Below, piece after piece: positions 35,078 through 46,185 of a stretch of DNA of 64,000 nucleotides. The stretch spans positions 1,568,001 through 1,632,000 of the forward strand of contig CBDFKD010000002.1 in NCBI GenBank assembly GCA_965248695.1. Direction: 5' to 3'. The position numbers were made by a program, and so were the translations under genes. Within the stretch, counting starts at the first letter, position 1; the number at the start of each line of letters is the position of its first letter. The DNA is from Acidobacteriota bacterium. Lineage in GTDB: Bacteria > Acidobacteriota > UBA890 > WLXD01. The notes below the pieces were generated by a model, which saw only the letters and a program-made list of their open reading frames with translations, was not told the DNA's origin and ran no database searches.

Positions 35078-36871
35078 CTACTCGACCACCCACCCGGGGC
35101 CGCGGATCACCCGGCCGGGCAAGGCGCCGGTGTGCTCGCCGTGCTCGAGCACCAGCTCGCCGTTCACCAGCAGGTGCACGACGCCCTCGGCAAGCTGATG
35201 CGGCTGTTCAAACGTCGCCAAGTCGCGGATGGTCTGCGGATCGAATACCACGACGTCCGCCTTGTTTCCCACCACCAGGGTGCCGCGATCTGCCAGTCCG
35301 AGTTGCGCCGCAGGCAGGCCGGTCATCTTGTGGATCGCCTCGGCCAACGACAGCAGCCCACTCTCGCGCACGTAGCGCGACAGCACCCGCGGAAAGGTGC
35401 CGTACGAGCGCGGGTGCGGATGCGACTGCGCCAGCTCGCCGACCGGCGCCAGCGCCGATCCGTCGCTGCCGATGCTGGTCCAGGGAAGGGTCAGGGCGTG
35501 CTCCAGGTCCGCCTCACGAATGCCGAAGTAGATGGCTCCGGCGCGGGCGCCCGATCGTTCCGCCAGTTCGAGGATGGCGTCCACGGGCGCGATGTCCATC
35601 GCCGCGGCAATCTCGGCGATCGTCATTCCCTGAAACACCCGATGGTCTTCGTACGGTGTACGCGACAGCAGCACCGTCTCGGGCGTGCCCGCCGGAATCC
35701 CCTTGGCCATATGCGCCTCCACCTCACGGCGGATGCGGGCTCGGAGCGCAGGATCACGAAGCCGCTCGGTGAGCGCCGCCGAGCCGCCCTCACGGGCCCA
35801 GTCCGGGATCCTCAGGTTTAGGGTCGAAGAGCTGGCTACGTAAGGATAGACATCGGCGTAGACGTTCAGCCCCTCGTCGCGCGCCGCTTCGACTACTTCA
35901 ACCGCCGATAGAAAAGGGGACCGCTCATGGTGCATCTTGCTGCGCGTGCCGGAGTACTTGAAATGCAGGATGTGAACCGCCAGCCCGGCTTCACGTCCGA
36001 TCCGCACCGCCTCCTGCACGCCAGCCACCAGGTCGTCCGCCTCGTCGCGCAGGTGGCTGGTGTAGAAACCGCCGTGGGCGGCAGCGACCCTGGCGAGCTC
36101 GATGAGCTCTTCGGTCGAGGCGTACCGATTCGGGATGTATATGAGCCCACTCGACAGCCCCATGGCGCCGTCGCGCATCGCCTGCTCGACGTGCTGCTTC
36201 ATCTCCTCCAGTTGCTCTGCCGTCGCCGGTACGTCGTCGAACCCGACAACCCCGGCGCGCAGCGCGCCGGAGCCCACGGTCGAGAGCACGTTGACGCTGA
36301 TACCCCTGTCCTCCAGCACGGCGAAGTATTCGGCGAACGTGGTCCACGGTTCTGACTCGGACTCGTCGTCGGGTACAGCTTCGCCCGAGGCGCTCAGCGG
36401 GGCGGTGGTGATGCGGCGGAACACCGGCGCCGCCGACCCCGACTCACCCAGCAGCTCCGTCGTGACTCCCTGCTTCACCTTCGACAGGGCGCGCCCGTCC
36501 ACCACCAGCGTGCGATCGGAATGTGAGTGCATGTCGATGAAGCCGGGCGCCACGGCAAGGCCCGTCGCGTCGATTTCCGTGTCGGCAGCAGCGCCGGAAA
36601 GGTCGCCGACCGCTTGCACCGTGTCGTCGCGGATCCCGACGTCCGCCCGCCGCGACGCGGCACCCGTGCCATCGAAAACGTCCCCACCACGAATCACAAC
36701 GTCGAAGCGTTCGGCCGGCTCAGCGCAGGCATGGAGAACGAGTAGCGCGGAGAGCGCCATCACAGCACGCCCGAGCCGAGGTGCCAGCTGATCGCGTGTG
36801 TCCCGGAGTGCTGGTCGATGGCGCTTGACGCAACGTGCGGGTCGATCGCGTGCCTCGATGTGTCGATTCAT
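35078..36871 (-). CDS. N-acyl-D-amino-acid deacylase (D-aminoacylase), probable lipoprotein
   Basis: [48 protein letters not shown]; start re-called to ATG 36871. Confidence 0.92.
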   Translation of the reverse strand: MNRHIEARDRPARCVKRHRPALRDTRDQLAPRLGRAVMALSALLVLHACAEPAERFDVVIRGGDVFDGTGAASRRADVGIRDDTVQAVGDLSGAAADTEIDATGLAVAPGFIDMHSHSDRTLVVDGRALSKVKQGVTTELLGESGSAAPVFRRITTAPLSASGEAVPDDESESEPWTTFAEYFAVLEDRGISVNVLSTVGSGALRAGVVGFDDVPATAEQLEEMKQHVEQAMRDGAMGLSSGLIYIPNRYASTEELIELARVAAAHGGFYTSHLRDEADDLVAGVQEAVRIGREAGLAVHILHFKYSGTRSKMHHERSPFLSAVEVVEAARDEGLNVYADVYPYVASSSTLNLRIPDWAREGGSAALTERLRDPALRARIRREVEAHMAKGIPAGTPETVLLSRTPYEDHRVFQGMTIAEIAAAMDIAPVDAILELAERSGARAGAIYFGIREADLEHALTLPWTSIGSDGSALAPVGELAQSHPHPRSYGTFPRVLSRYVRESGLLSLAEAIHKMTGLPAAQLGLADRGTLVVGNKADVVVFDPQTIRDLATFEQPHQLAEGVVHLLVNGELVLEHGEHTGALPGRVIRGPGWVVE

Positions 36872-36974
36872 GGTTCCGTCGTCCCGGCTGATCTTGGTCG
36901 GTGGCAAAGGAGCATCGGCGGGGTCGATTCTCTCCCAATCCCCCCGTACGCTAAACCGAACAGGGGGAGGAAAG

Positions 36975-38624
36975 TTGCGAGCGCGCCAAGATCTTAGCCG
37001 GATCACGATCGCCACACTGTCGTGCGGCGCCATAGCAGCATTAGCGGGATGCACGCCGAGTGGCCAGCCGGACGATGGTGGCTCCGGACCCGAGCCGGCA
37101 GTGGAGGCGACGATCGCCGGCATCCACGCGGCGATGCAAGCGGGCGAGCTGACTTCCAGACAGCTGGTCGAAGCGTATCTGGCGCGAATCGACGCCTACG
37201 ACAAGCGCGGGCCGGCGCTCAACGCCATCGTGCGGGTGAATCCGCGGGCGCTGGAACGGGCCGACGAGCTCGACGCCATGCTCGCCTCCGGACAGCTCGC
37301 CGGACCGCTTCACGGCATCCCGATGATCGTCAAGGACAACTACGACACCGCCGACATGCCAACCAGCGCGGGCTCGGCGGCACTCGCCGAGTCCATACCA
37401 CCCGACGACTCCTTCCAGGTGCGGCGGATTCGCGAGGCCGGCGCCATCGTGCTCGCCAAGTCACACATGGCGGAGTGGGCGTTCTCGCCGTACCAGACCG
37501 TGGGCAGCGTGATCCCCGGGTACACGCGCAACCCGTACGCGCTCAACCGGGTCCCGGCGGGCAGCAGCGGCGGCACCGGGGCGGCGGTAGCGGCGAGCTT
37601 CGGCGTTATCGGGCTCGGCACCGATACTGGCAACTCGATTCGCGGACCGTCGTCGCACAATTTGCTTGCTGGCATCCGATCGACCATGGGCCTGACGAGC
37701 CGCGACGGAATCGTGCCGCTGGATCTGGATCACGACATCGGAGGGCCGATGGGCCGCGGCGTGGCCGACGCAGTCGCGGTGTTCGACGTCATCGCCGGGC
37801 ACGATGCGGCCGACGAGGTCACCGCCCGGAGCCTGGAGAACCGTGCGGACGGAACGCCCCGGCGCGCCGCGAGCTACCTCCAGTACCTGAGCGACGGAGC
37901 GCTCGAGGGTGCCCGCATCGGCGTCGTCAGGCAGTTGTCGGGCACCGAGACCACGGACACCGAGATCCGGCAAGTGTTCGAGCGCGCGCTGGACGACATG
38001 CGCGACGCCGGCGCCGAGATCATCGACGTGCAGATCGTCGAGCTCGACACGATCCCGCGCGACGGGCGCTGGTGCGACCGCTTCCGCTACGACCTCGAGG
38101 CCTACCTGGCATCGCTCGGTGAGGGCGCGCCGTACACGACGCTGGCCGAGATCATCGAATCGAGGCAGTTCCACGGGTCGGTAAGAAGTGGGCTGGAAGA
38201 ATCGCTCGGCGCCCAGGGCGACCCTGCCGATGACCCCGCGTGCCACACCGCATGGGCCAACGGCGAGCGCCTCGCCGACGGCGTCCGTAGGGTGATGGAC
38301 GCCGACTCGCTGGACGCCCTCGTTTACCCTACCTGGAGCAATCCGCCACGCCTCATCGGAGACCTGCAGACGCCGGCGGGCGACAACAGCCAGGACCTCT
38401 CACCACACACCGGGTTTCCGGCCATTACCGTTCCCATGGGCTTCACCCGTCGCCAGCCCGATACCGCCGCGGCGCGTCCCTACGGAGGCCCCGGCCTCCC
38501 GGCAGGCATCACCTTCCTGTCGACGGCGTGGAACGAGCCCCGGCTCATCGAGCTCGCCTTCTCGTACGAGCGGGCGACCCGGCATCGACAGCCCCCGTGG
38601 ACTACGCCGCCGCTGGAGCAGTAA
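36975..38624 (+). CDS. Amidase signature family protein, probable lipoprotein
   Basis: [38 protein letters not shown]; TTG start after GGGGGAGG; lipobox LAGC. Confidence 0.92.
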   Translation: MRARQDLSRITIATLSCGAIAALAGCTPSGQPDDGGSGPEPAVEATIAGIHAAMQAGELTSRQLVEAYLARIDAYDKRGPALNAIVRVNPRALERADELDAMLASGQLAGPLHGIPMIVKDNYDTADMPTSAGSAALAESIPPDDSFQVRRIREAGAIVLAKSHMAEWAFSPYQTVGSVIPGYTRNPYALNRVPAGSSGGTGAAVAASFGVIGLGTDTGNSIRGPSSHNLLAGIRSTMGLTSRDGIVPLDLDHDIGGPMGRGVADAVAVFDVIAGHDAADEVTARSLENRADGTPRRAASYLQYLSDGALEGARIGVVRQLSGTETTDTEIRQVFERALDDMRDAGAEIIDVQIVELDTIPRDGRWCDRFRYDLEAYLASLGEGAPYTTLAEIIESRQFHGSVRSGLEESLGAQGDPADDPACHTAWANGERLADGVRRVMDADSLDALVYPTWSNPPRLIGDLQTPAGDNSQDLSPHTGFPAITVPMGFTRRQPDTAAARPYGGPGLPAGITFLSTAWNEPRLIELAFSYERATRHRQPPWTTPPLEQ

Positions 38625-39665
38625 TCAGAACCAGCCCCGGGCGCGGAAGAAGAGCAACAGGACCGCGCCGGTCAAGCCCATGACGCCGAGCGCCATGAAG
38701 TAGCCCAGCGGCCAGGCGAGCTCGGGCATGTTCTGGAAGTTCATGCCGTAGATGCCGGCGATCAGCGTCATCGGCATCATGATCGAGGCGAACAGCGTCA
38801 GGACCTTCATGGTCTTGTTGAGCTTCTGACACTGCAGCGAGCGATACGAGTCGAGGGAGCTGTTGATCATCTCCCGCAGCCCTTCGATGGACGTCATCAG
38901 CACCTGCGCGTGGTGGTACACCTGTACCAGCGATCCGCGGCCGGCCTCGGTAATCACCGGGATCTTGCGACCGGACACGTGCATCAGCAGATCACGGGCG
39001 GCGCTGACGACGCGCTTGTAGCGCAGAGTGCGGCGCTTGAGCCGCAGAATGTCCTCGTTGATGTGCTCGGTCGACTCCTCGAAGATGCGATTGTCGATCG
39101 CTTCCGACTCGTTCTCTAGCGGCGGCAGCATACCGACGTAGTCCTGCACGACCTGATCGAGAACCAGGAACAGCAGGAATCCGATCGACTGCGCGAAACG
39201 CACGTTGCGCTCGTACACGCGATCGACCTTGGCCAGACACGGCACCCACTCAGGCGAGTAGCTGACGAAGAACCGGTCGCTCAGGAAGAGACTCACCTTG
39301 ACGGTAGGTTGCGAGGCCGGCGCCTCTTCACCCTGCTCCAGATCCGGCCTGCGGGCCCCCCAACCCAGCGTCGAGTCCGGGTCGACCGTGTCGTGCTTGC
39401 CGGCCGGACTCCAGTACTCGAGCATCAGCGCGATCGAGTCGGGGTCCTCGGTGATCTGGCGCGACGAGTCAGGATCCTGCCAACGTCGCAGTACCCGATC
39501 GGGTATCCGGCAGGGCTCCGCCACCGTTGAGAGCTCTTCGAGCGACGAACCGTTCAAGTCGGCCCAGTACGCCATGTCCGCGTGTGGGCCGTCGCGCAGG
39601 AACACCTCCAGCGACAGCTCGCGCGTTTCCCGGTTCTGTAGGTCGAACTCGACGATCTTGCTCAT
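38625..39665 (-). CDS. corA: CorA-family Mg/Co transporter
   Basis: NKTMKVLT...PMTLIAGIYGMNFQNMPEL (GMN motif), two C-terminal TMs. Confidence 0.88.
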   Translation of the reverse strand: MSKIVEFDLQNRETRELSLEVFLRDGPHADMAYWADLNGSSLEELSTVAEPCRIPDRVLRRWQDPDSSRQITEDPDSIALMLEYWSPAGKHDTVDPDSTLGWGARRPDLEQGEEAPASQPTVKVSLFLSDRFFVSYSPEWVPCLAKVDRVYERNVRFAQSIGFLLFLVLDQVVQDYVGMLPPLENESEAIDNRIFEESTEHINEDILRLKRRTLRYKRVVSAARDLLMHVSGRKIPVITEAGRGSLVQVYHHAQVLMTSIEGLREMINSSLDSYRSLQCQKLNKTMKVLTLFASIMMPMTLIAGIYGMNFQNMPELAWPLGYFMALGVMGLTGAVLLLFFRARGWF

Positions 39666-40393
39666 GGCGTGCGAGATGCTAACTCGATCTCGATGCGTTT
39701 GTTGATGCGCCCCTTGTTCTTGTGGCTGGCGATGCGGATGCGACCGACTTCCTTTGTATTGGCGACGTGGGTGCCGCCGTCGGCCTGCAAGTCGAGTCCC
39801 ACGATCTCGACCGTGCGGATTTCAGTCAGGCTCGCCGGCAGCAGGTTGATCTTGGTGCGAATCAGATCGGGAATCTCGAAGGCTTCGGCGCGCGGAAGAA
39901 TCGCCACCCTTACGTCGCGACCAGCGTCGACCTCGACGTTGATCTTCAACTCGATCTCTGCAACCAACTCGGCGGTCAGAGCCTCGAACTCAAAATCGAG
40001 ACGACCGCGCAGCGGGTGCATGCTGCCGCCGGTCACCTGCGCACCGTAGTCGCGCCATACGACACCGCAAAGAATGTGCAGCGCGGTATGAGTACGCATG
40101 AGGGCGTGTCGCCGTTGCCAATCGAGCACACCGTGCACGACCGCTGCTACCGGCGGCACCGCACCGTCCAGGGTGTGCACGATGTTGGCGCCGCCCCGAC
40201 CGACCTTCACGACCTCGAGGGTCTGGTCGCCGAACTGAAGCACGCCCACGTCGCAGGGCTGCCCGCCGCCTCCGGCATAGAAGGCGGTTCGATCCAGCAC
40301 GACGGCTCGACGGTCCGCATCGACGTCCTGAACAACGGCATCGAACCGGCGGATGTAGGCGTCGAGCTGGTAGAGCTGCTCGGTCATCGGCAT
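39662..40393 (-). CDS. Alanyl-tRNA editing protein AlaX-M
   Basis: TEQLYQLDAY, LDRTAFYAGGGGQPCD, MRTHTALH, DLIRTK, LQADGGTHV, KGRINKR; start 40393 or 40387. Confidence 0.9.
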   Translation of the reverse strand: MPMTEQLYQLDAYIRRFDAVVQDVDADRRAVVLDRTAFYAGGGGQPCDVGVLQFGDQTLEVVKVGRGGANIVHTLDGAVPPVAAVVHGVLDWQRRHALMRTHTALHILCGVVWRDYGAQVTGGSMHPLRGRLDFEFEALTAELVAEIELKINVEVDAGRDVRVAILPRAEAFEIPDLIRTKINLLPASLTEIRTVEIVGLDLQADGGTHVANTKEVGRIRIASHKNKGRINKRIEIELASRTP

Positions 40394-40518
40394 CTGCTCG
40401 GCAGCCGTCGACGAAGAAGAGCTTCGCCGGAGGCGCCGCACCCGTGTGCGGCTGTCCAACAGAGACAGGGTACCCGTTTGGCGCCGACGCCAGCCGCGGC
40501 TCAGCTCTCCCTCACGAA

Positions 40519-40902
40519 TCAGCCGTCGGCCGATTCTGATCCGCGCGTCCGTCGACGGTCGGCCCAGCGGAGCCGCGCCAGCGTCCCCGCCAGTCCGATG
40601 ATGATCAGCGCTCCGGTGGGCGAGCCGATGCCCGTAGAAGCGTGCGTGTAGGCTGCGCCGACCATAACCACTGCAATCACGATAGCGCCGTACGCCGCCA
40701 GACGCGGCACGAGGACGAGCACGCCGCCGAGCGTCTCGAGGCTACCGATGACGATCACGAACCAGCTGGCGTAGCCCCAACTCGCGAAGCGTCGAGCGTT
40801 ATTGGCGAAGTCGAGGAACTTGCCGCTGCCGGCAAGAATGAACAAGGCTCCGAGCAACAGCGCGAGAGCCCAGGAAAGGAGCTTCGGCCAGCGTTTGCGC
40901 AT
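40519..40902 (-). CDS. DoxX-like membrane protein
   Basis: LFILAGSGKF, FASWGY, ETLGGVLVLVP, MVGAAYTH. Confidence 0.85.
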   Translation of the reverse strand: MRKRWPKLLSWALALLLGALFILAGSGKFLDFANNARRFASWGYASWFVIVIGSLETLGGVLVLVPRLAAYGAIVIAVVMVGAAYTHASTGIGSPTGALIIIGLAGTLARLRWADRRRTRGSESADG

Positions 40903-40933
40903 CGTGGTAGTACCTGCGGGGATGAAGATTCGT

Positions 40934-40963
40934 TGATATAATTACTAGTGATGTAATATATCA
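40934..40963. promoter_or_regulatory. AT-rich imperfect palindrome in the divergent DoxX/PadR promoter (putative PadR operator)
   Basis: TGATATAATTAC-TAGTGAT-GTAATATATCA. Confidence 0.5.
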
Positions 40964-40977
40964 TTATCTTACTGGAT

Positions 40978-41316
40978 GTGACCCGTCGAATGGCCCTACC
41001 TCGCCTGTCCAACCTGCAGTTCGTGGTGCTCGGCGCGCTCCGCGCGGGGCCGCTTACCGGACGCGACATCCGAACGCGATTGGCAGAATTCGGCGCCCGC
41101 AAAACGGGTCCGGGGTTTTACCAGCTGATGTCACGGCTCGAGGAGGGCGGCCACGTTCGGGGCTGGTATACACAGGAGATCGTCGGCGGGCAGATCATTC
41201 GCGAGCGCAATTACGAGTTGCTCGCCAGCGGCGAGGCAACCTGGACCGGGAACCGAGAGTTTCACCTCAAGGTAATCGAGCGCTTCGGGGACACCGGCGA
41301 GATCGCTCGTGCCTGA
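40978..41316 (+). CDS. PadR-family transcriptional regulator
   Basis: LQFVVLGAL...GRDIR...GPGFYQLMSRLEEGGHV...RERNYELLASG. Confidence 0.85.
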   Translation: MTRRMALPRLSNLQFVVLGALRAGPLTGRDIRTRLAEFGARKTGPGFYQLMSRLEEGGHVRGWYTQEIVGGQIIRERNYELLASGEATWTGNREFHLKVIERFGDTGEIARA

Positions 41317-41620
41317 TCCGAAGATGCCGCTCTGGCAACGGATCGGCACCCTGTTGCCGGAAACGCTGCGCGAACGGGTGTTCGAGCCGGCATGCTATGA
41401 GCGTCTGCGCCGGGGTCTGGAGCGCGGTGATGATCGCGTTCCGATCAGCATGTACGCGCTCGCGGCGCTGGTGGGCGTCATCGGGCTCAACTTCCCACGC
41501 GTACTGTTCGACGGACGGCGTCTCAGCCGCATGGGCAAGCTGCTGGCGGGGTCCTTCGTGACCAGCGCCGCGGTCGCGTGGGTGATCGTGTTGATCCGGT
41601 ACAGTTACGCGGCGGGCTGA
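41309..41620 (+). CDS. Small hypothetical membrane protein coupled to PadR
   Basis: Overlaps the padR stop; LLPETLRERVFEP N-terminus; two hydrophobic segments. Confidence 0.65.
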   Translation: MPDPKMPLWQRIGTLLPETLRERVFEPACYERLRRGLERGDDRVPISMYALAALVGVIGLNFPRVLFDGRRLSRMGKLLAGSFVTSAAVAWVIVLIRYSYAAG

Positions 41621-41723
41621 CCGCCCGAGCTCGACCACCCGGAGGCTGACCGCTCGAAGCCTGCAGCCCGAGCCTGGACTGCCCGAGCCTGACCGCCCCA
41701 CTTCAGCAGCACGAGTCGCTCCT

Positions 41724-43949
41724 ATGCCGATCGCACCCGACAAGGGAACCCGTCACGCGTCCACGCCCACCTCGACCGCCTTCGCATTCACGTCGACTGC
41801 CCTCTCCACCTTTGTCGCCGTCGTCTGCGCGGCATCCGCCTTCGTTCCTGCACCGGCCGCCGGCCAGGCAGCCTTGTTGGATCCGCCTACCGGGTTCGCG
41901 CCGCAACACGTCGAAGCGCAGTTGGCTTGCGAAGCGCGCCTGATGGACCTGCCGCGACCGGCGCAGTTTCGCGGCCACCTGGAGACCATCACGCGAGTCC
42001 CACACCCGGCAGGATCGGCGGCACAGCGCGATGTCGAGGACTACCTGGCGCGGGTGATGGCCGACGCCGGCCTCGACGTGGAGCGCTACCCCTACGACGT
42101 GTACCTGCCGCAGCTCACCGACGACGTGACTGCGGAGATCGTCACCCCTGAGCCCCTGGCGCTGTCGAACCAGGAGCCGGAGCTATCGGAGGACCGCTTC
42201 TCGGGCCATCCGGACTTGCTCAACGGATGGAACGCCTATTCGGGTTCAGGCGACGTCACGGCGCCGGTGGTCTACGCCAACTTCGGCCGTAAGGAGGATT
42301 TCGAGCACCTCGTCGAGATGGGTGTGTCGATTGCCGGCAAGGTGGTGATCGCGCGCTACGGGGGCAACTTCCGCGGCTACAAGGTGAAATTCGCCGAGGA
42401 GCACGGTGCCGCCGGCGTGATCATGTTCAACGACCCGGGCGACGCGCTCGGGGTCAACGAATATCCCGAGGGTCCGAATATGAACGCAGGCACCATCCAG
42501 CGCGGATCGGTGCTGACGCTCAACTACACCGGCGACCCACTGACGCCGTTCGAGCCTGCCTACGCCGCCGAATCCGGCATCGAAGTCGATCGACTCGACC
42601 CGTCCGAGGTAGAGCTGCACACGATTCCGGTATTGCCGGTCGGCTACGGCGCGGCGCAGCAGATTCTCCAGCGCATGACCGGCGAGGTGGCGCCGGAAGA
42701 CTGGCACGGTGGCATCGACGTGCCGTATCGGCTCACCGGCGGCGATGAGCTGACCGTGCGCGTGCGTGTCAACCAACCGAAGGCGCTGACGCGGGCTGTG
42801 AACGTGGTCGGGACCGTGCGCGGCAGCGAGCTACCGGACGAGTGGGTGATCTTCGGGTCGCACTACGATCCATGGGGTTTCGGCGCCATCGATCCAAACG
42901 GCGGCACCGCCATGCTGCTAACTATGGCCGAGGCGCTCGGCGAGCTGGCCGCAAACGGCTGCCAGCCGCGCCGCTCCATCCTGATCGCCCACTGGGACGC
43001 CGAGGAGTACGGCATCATCGGATCTGCCGAATGGGTCGAGCAGTTCCGTGACGAGCTCGACGCTAACGCCGTCGCTTATATCAACGCCGACTCGGCAGTA
43101 TCCGGCCCCCGGTTCGGCTCGTCCGCCTCGCCGTCGCTCAAGGGCCTCATCATCGAGGCCACCAAGGCAGTCGACTACCCGAAGACCAGCACAACCGTCT
43201 ACGGCGAATGGCTGCGTGCCTCGGAGCAGGAAGCGCCGCGTATGGGCAATCTCGGCGGCGGCTCCGATCACGTCGGCTTCTACACCCATATCGGCGTGCC
43301 GTCGGGCTCGCTGGGGTTCGGCGGTGGGGGCGGTGTCTACCACTCCAACTACGACAACTTCGCCTGGTACGAGCGCTTCGGCGACCACGAGTTCGTCTAC
43401 GGACCGACGCTGGCACGAGTGGACGGCGTGCTGGCGTTGCGATTGGCCAACGCCGACGTGCTCCCCTACGACGTCGAGCGCTACGCCACCGATCTCGCCA
43501 CCCACACCGATACCCTCAGGGACCTCGCCGCGGAGCGCGATATCGAGGTCAGGTTCGACGACCTGGCGGAGGCCACCAGACGACTCGCCGAGGCGTCGCA
43601 GCGCTACATTGCCGCCCGCGACGCCGCCGTGAGCCAGCGTCGCTTCCCGGACGCGGAGCTGCGCGCCATCAACCGGCTGCTGCTGTCGCTCGAACGCGCC
43701 CTACTGCACGAAGAGGGGTTGCAGGAGCGCCCCTGGTACCGCTCGCTCTACGCTTCGCCGGACCCGTTCAGCGGCTATGCGTCGTGGATGCTGCCCGGCA
43801 TGCGCTACGAGATCGAGACCGACAACCCCGACCAGCTGGCGTTCTGGGAGACGGTGTACACGAACGCGGTTGGCGAGCTGTCGCGACGTGTCGACGAGTT
43901 GACCGAGGCGCTCGGCAATCAATCCTCGTCTGACGGAGCCGCACAGTGA
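41724..43949 (+). CDS. M28 peptidase, glutamate carboxypeptidase II-like (PA plus TfR dimerisation domains)
   Basis: PHPAGS, VVYANFG, RYGGNFRGYKV, GDPLTP, GSHYDPW, GAIDPNGGT, WDAEEYGIIGS, LGGGSDH, YHSNYD. Confidence 0.92.
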   Translation: MPIAPDKGTRHASTPTSTAFAFTSTALSTFVAVVCAASAFVPAPAAGQAALLDPPTGFAPQHVEAQLACEARLMDLPRPAQFRGHLETITRVPHPAGSAAQRDVEDYLARVMADAGLDVERYPYDVYLPQLTDDVTAEIVTPEPLALSNQEPELSEDRFSGHPDLLNGWNAYSGSGDVTAPVVYANFGRKEDFEHLVEMGVSIAGKVVIARYGGNFRGYKVKFAEEHGAAGVIMFNDPGDALGVNEYPEGPNMNAGTIQRGSVLTLNYTGDPLTPFEPAYAAESGIEVDRLDPSEVELHTIPVLPVGYGAAQQILQRMTGEVAPEDWHGGIDVPYRLTGGDELTVRVRVNQPKALTRAVNVVGTVRGSELPDEWVIFGSHYDPWGFGAIDPNGGTAMLLTMAEALGELAANGCQPRRSILIAHWDAEEYGIIGSAEWVEQFRDELDANAVAYINADSAVSGPRFGSSASPSLKGLIIEATKAVDYPKTSTTVYGEWLRASEQEAPRMGNLGGGSDHVGFYTHIGVPSGSLGFGGGGGVYHSNYDNFAWYERFGDHEFVYGPTLARVDGVLALRLANADVLPYDVERYATDLATHTDTLRDLAAERDIEVRFDDLAEATRRLAEASQRYIAARDAAVSQRRFPDAELRAINRLLLSLERALLHEEGLQERPWYRSLYASPDPFSGYASWMLPGMRYEIETDNPDQLAFWETVYTNAVGELSRRVDELTEALGNQSSSDGAAQ

Positions 43950-45370
43950 GCATGGTCGGCTCGAGCCCGCGACCGACGATCGGGTCCGCGCCGGTGCCGC
44001 GAGTCTGGCCGCTCGCACTCACACCCCGCCAGGTTGCCCTCGGCGCCGCGCTCACCGTGTCGATGACGCTGGGCGCTGCGACCGCCGCCGTGGTTGGCAC
44101 ACAGAGCACGCCCCTGCAGTCCGGCCCGATGCTCGGGTATTCGCAGATGACCGAGGTCGCCGTCTGGGTGCAAACCAAGGTGGCATCGAACGTTCAGATC
44201 GCCTACTGGCCACAGGGCGATGAGCCGGCGCGGACGCTGACCGGCGCAGTCGAGACACATGCCGCCACCGCTCACACAGCGACCCTTCGAGCCGAAGGTC
44301 TGACGCCGGGCACGCGTTACGAATACGAGGTCGTGGTTGACGGCACCGCCGTTGCACTCCCGTACCCGACGACTTTCGCGACCCAGGAACTGTGGCAGTG
44401 GCGACGCGACCCACCCGAGTTCACCATCGCCGTGGCGAGCTGCTTCTACGTCAACGAGCCGGCACTCGATCGGCCTGGGGAGCCCTACGGCAGCGACTTC
44501 CAGATTCTCGAGCACCTGCACGCCCGCCAGCCCGACGCCATGGTGTGGCTGGGCGACAACACCTACCTGCGCGAGGCCGACTGGCACTCGCGCTCCGGCA
44601 TCCTGCATCGGTACACCCACACGCGCTCCTACCCCGGGCTGCAGCCGCTGCTCGCCTCCACGCACCACTACGCCACCTGGGACGACCACGACTTCGGTCG
44701 CAACAACTCGGACCGCAGCTACTGGGCCCAGGACCTCACGCGCGAGGCGTTCGAGCTTTTCTGGCCCAACCCGTCCCACGGCGTGCGGGGAGTTCCCGGC
44801 ATCGCTACCGCCTTCGAGTGGGCCGACACCCTATTCGTGCTGCTCGACGACCGCACCAACCGGACCCCCAACGACCGCATTACCGGCAAGCGCACCATGC
44901 TCGGCGACGCCCAGGTCGAGTGGCTCATCGACACCCTGGTCTCGAGCACCGCGACCCTCAAGTTCGTCGCCGTCGGTGGCCACATCCTCAACCCGTTCGA
45001 CGGCTTCGAGACCTTCGCCACCTTCCCCGAGGAGCGCGAGCGCCTCTTGCGGCTACTCGAGGCCGAGCGGGTTCCAGGCGTGCTCTTCCTCAGCGGCGAT
45101 ATCCACAGCACCGAGCTCAGCATGCTCGAGCGGCCCGGCCTGTACCCACTCTACGACTTGACCGTGTCGCCGCTAACCGCTGGTGTGTTCCGCGGCGAGC
45201 CGACGCCCAACTCGCTGCGCGTCGACGGCACGCTGCTTCAGGATCACAACTTCGCCCTGCTGCACGTGACCGGACCGCGCACCGATCGGGTGCTGACAAT
45301 CACCCTGGTAGACCAGGACGGCACCGACCGCTGGAGCCAGGAGTTCAGGGTCCGCGACCTATTTCCGTGA
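43946..45370 (+). CDS. phoD: PhoD-like alkaline phosphatase D
   Basis: GPMLG, VASC, WLGDNTY, WDDHDF, LLDDR, MLGDAQVEWL, LSGDIH. Confidence 0.88.
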   Translation: MSMVGSSPRPTIGSAPVPRVWPLALTPRQVALGAALTVSMTLGAATAAVVGTQSTPLQSGPMLGYSQMTEVAVWVQTKVASNVQIAYWPQGDEPARTLTGAVETHAATAHTATLRAEGLTPGTRYEYEVVVDGTAVALPYPTTFATQELWQWRRDPPEFTIAVASCFYVNEPALDRPGEPYGSDFQILEHLHARQPDAMVWLGDNTYLREADWHSRSGILHRYTHTRSYPGLQPLLASTHHYATWDDHDFGRNNSDRSYWAQDLTREAFELFWPNPSHGVRGVPGIATAFEWADTLFVLLDDRTNRTPNDRITGKRTMLGDAQVEWLIDTLVSSTATLKFVAVGGHILNPFDGFETFATFPEERERLLRLLEAERVPGVLFLSGDIHSTELSMLERPGLYPLYDLTVSPLTAGVFRGEPTPNSLRVDGTLLQDHNFALLHVTGPRTDRVLTITLVDQDGTDRWSQEFRVRDLFP

Positions 45371-45501
45371 AGGCCGTCACATCTGGACAACAGAACACCG
45401 CGTGGCGCGCCTCTCTGCCAGCTTGACCGGCTCCACCCATCGGCGGGCGGCCCAGCCGGAGCTGATTCCAGATAGTGCGACGTTTGCGCTACGATATAGC
45501 T

Positions 45502-45774
45502 ATGAAGTTCGTGACGATGCGAGAGCTCCGCAACCAGACCACCCAGGTCATCGAGAACCTCGACGACGAGACCGGCGTAGTGACCTCGAACGGAAAGCCG
45601 GTGGGTCTGTTGTTGCGTGTGAACGACGACTTTGACGAGATCATCGGAGTCGTGCGCCAGGCTCGTGCCGCAGCCGCGGTATCCCGGTTGCGCGCCGAGG
45701 CTCGCAGCGGCGGAACGAGCGAGCTCTCACCGGAGGAGATAGATCGTGAGATCAAGCGGGCTCGCAAAGCTTGA
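45502..45774 (+). CDS. Phd/YefM-family antitoxin
   Basis: MKFVTMRELRNQT...VVTSNGKPVGLL...EEIDREIKRAR. Confidence 0.85.
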   Translation: MKFVTMRELRNQTTQVIENLDDETGVVTSNGKPVGLLLRVNDDFDEIIGVVRQARAAAAVSRLRAEARSGGTSELSPEEIDREIKRARKA

Positions 45775-46172
45775 GGCTGGTCGTTGACACGAACGTTCTC
45801 GTGTCGGGGCTGCTGAGCCCCGTCGGACCCCCCGGACGGATCCTGGACGGCGTGCTGGCCGGCTCGAACCGATTGCTCTTCGACGATCGCTTCCTCGCCG
45901 AGTACACCACGGTGCTTGCCCGTCCTCGATTCGCGCTCGACGCCAAGGCGGTGAAGGTGTTGCTCGAGTTCGTTCGCAACAGCGGCGAGCTGATTCCGAC
46001 GGCCGCCAGTCGGCTCCGGACTACCGATCCGGGAGACCAGCCGTTTCTGGAGGTCGCGCTGACGGGGAGCGCGGACGCGCTCGTGACCGGCAACGCGAGA
46101 CATTTCCCCCAACGGTCGGGCGTCCGAATCTTGACGCCCGCAGAGTTAATAGCCGGAGAGGGGGCCCGCTAG
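45771..46172 (+). CDS. PIN-family toxin (PIN_3 type)
   Basis: RLVVDTNVLVSGLL, EYTTVLARPRF, DPGDQPFLEVA, ALVTGNARHF; TTGA overlap. Confidence 0.9.
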   Translation: MRLVVDTNVLVSGLLSPVGPPGRILDGVLAGSNRLLFDDRFLAEYTTVLARPRFALDAKAVKVLLEFVRNSGELIPTAASRLRTTDPGDQPFLEVALTGSADALVTGNARHFPQRSGVRILTPAELIAGEGAR

Positions 46173-46185
46173 CGTTGCGGTTAGC

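Noticed and set aside
39662-40393. Functional link between the AlaX editing protein and the Ala-anticodon tRNA
   Set aside because: 21 kb away, outside the transposon, host-like composition; AlaX edits small Ser/Gly mischarges on tRNA-Ala, not Leu
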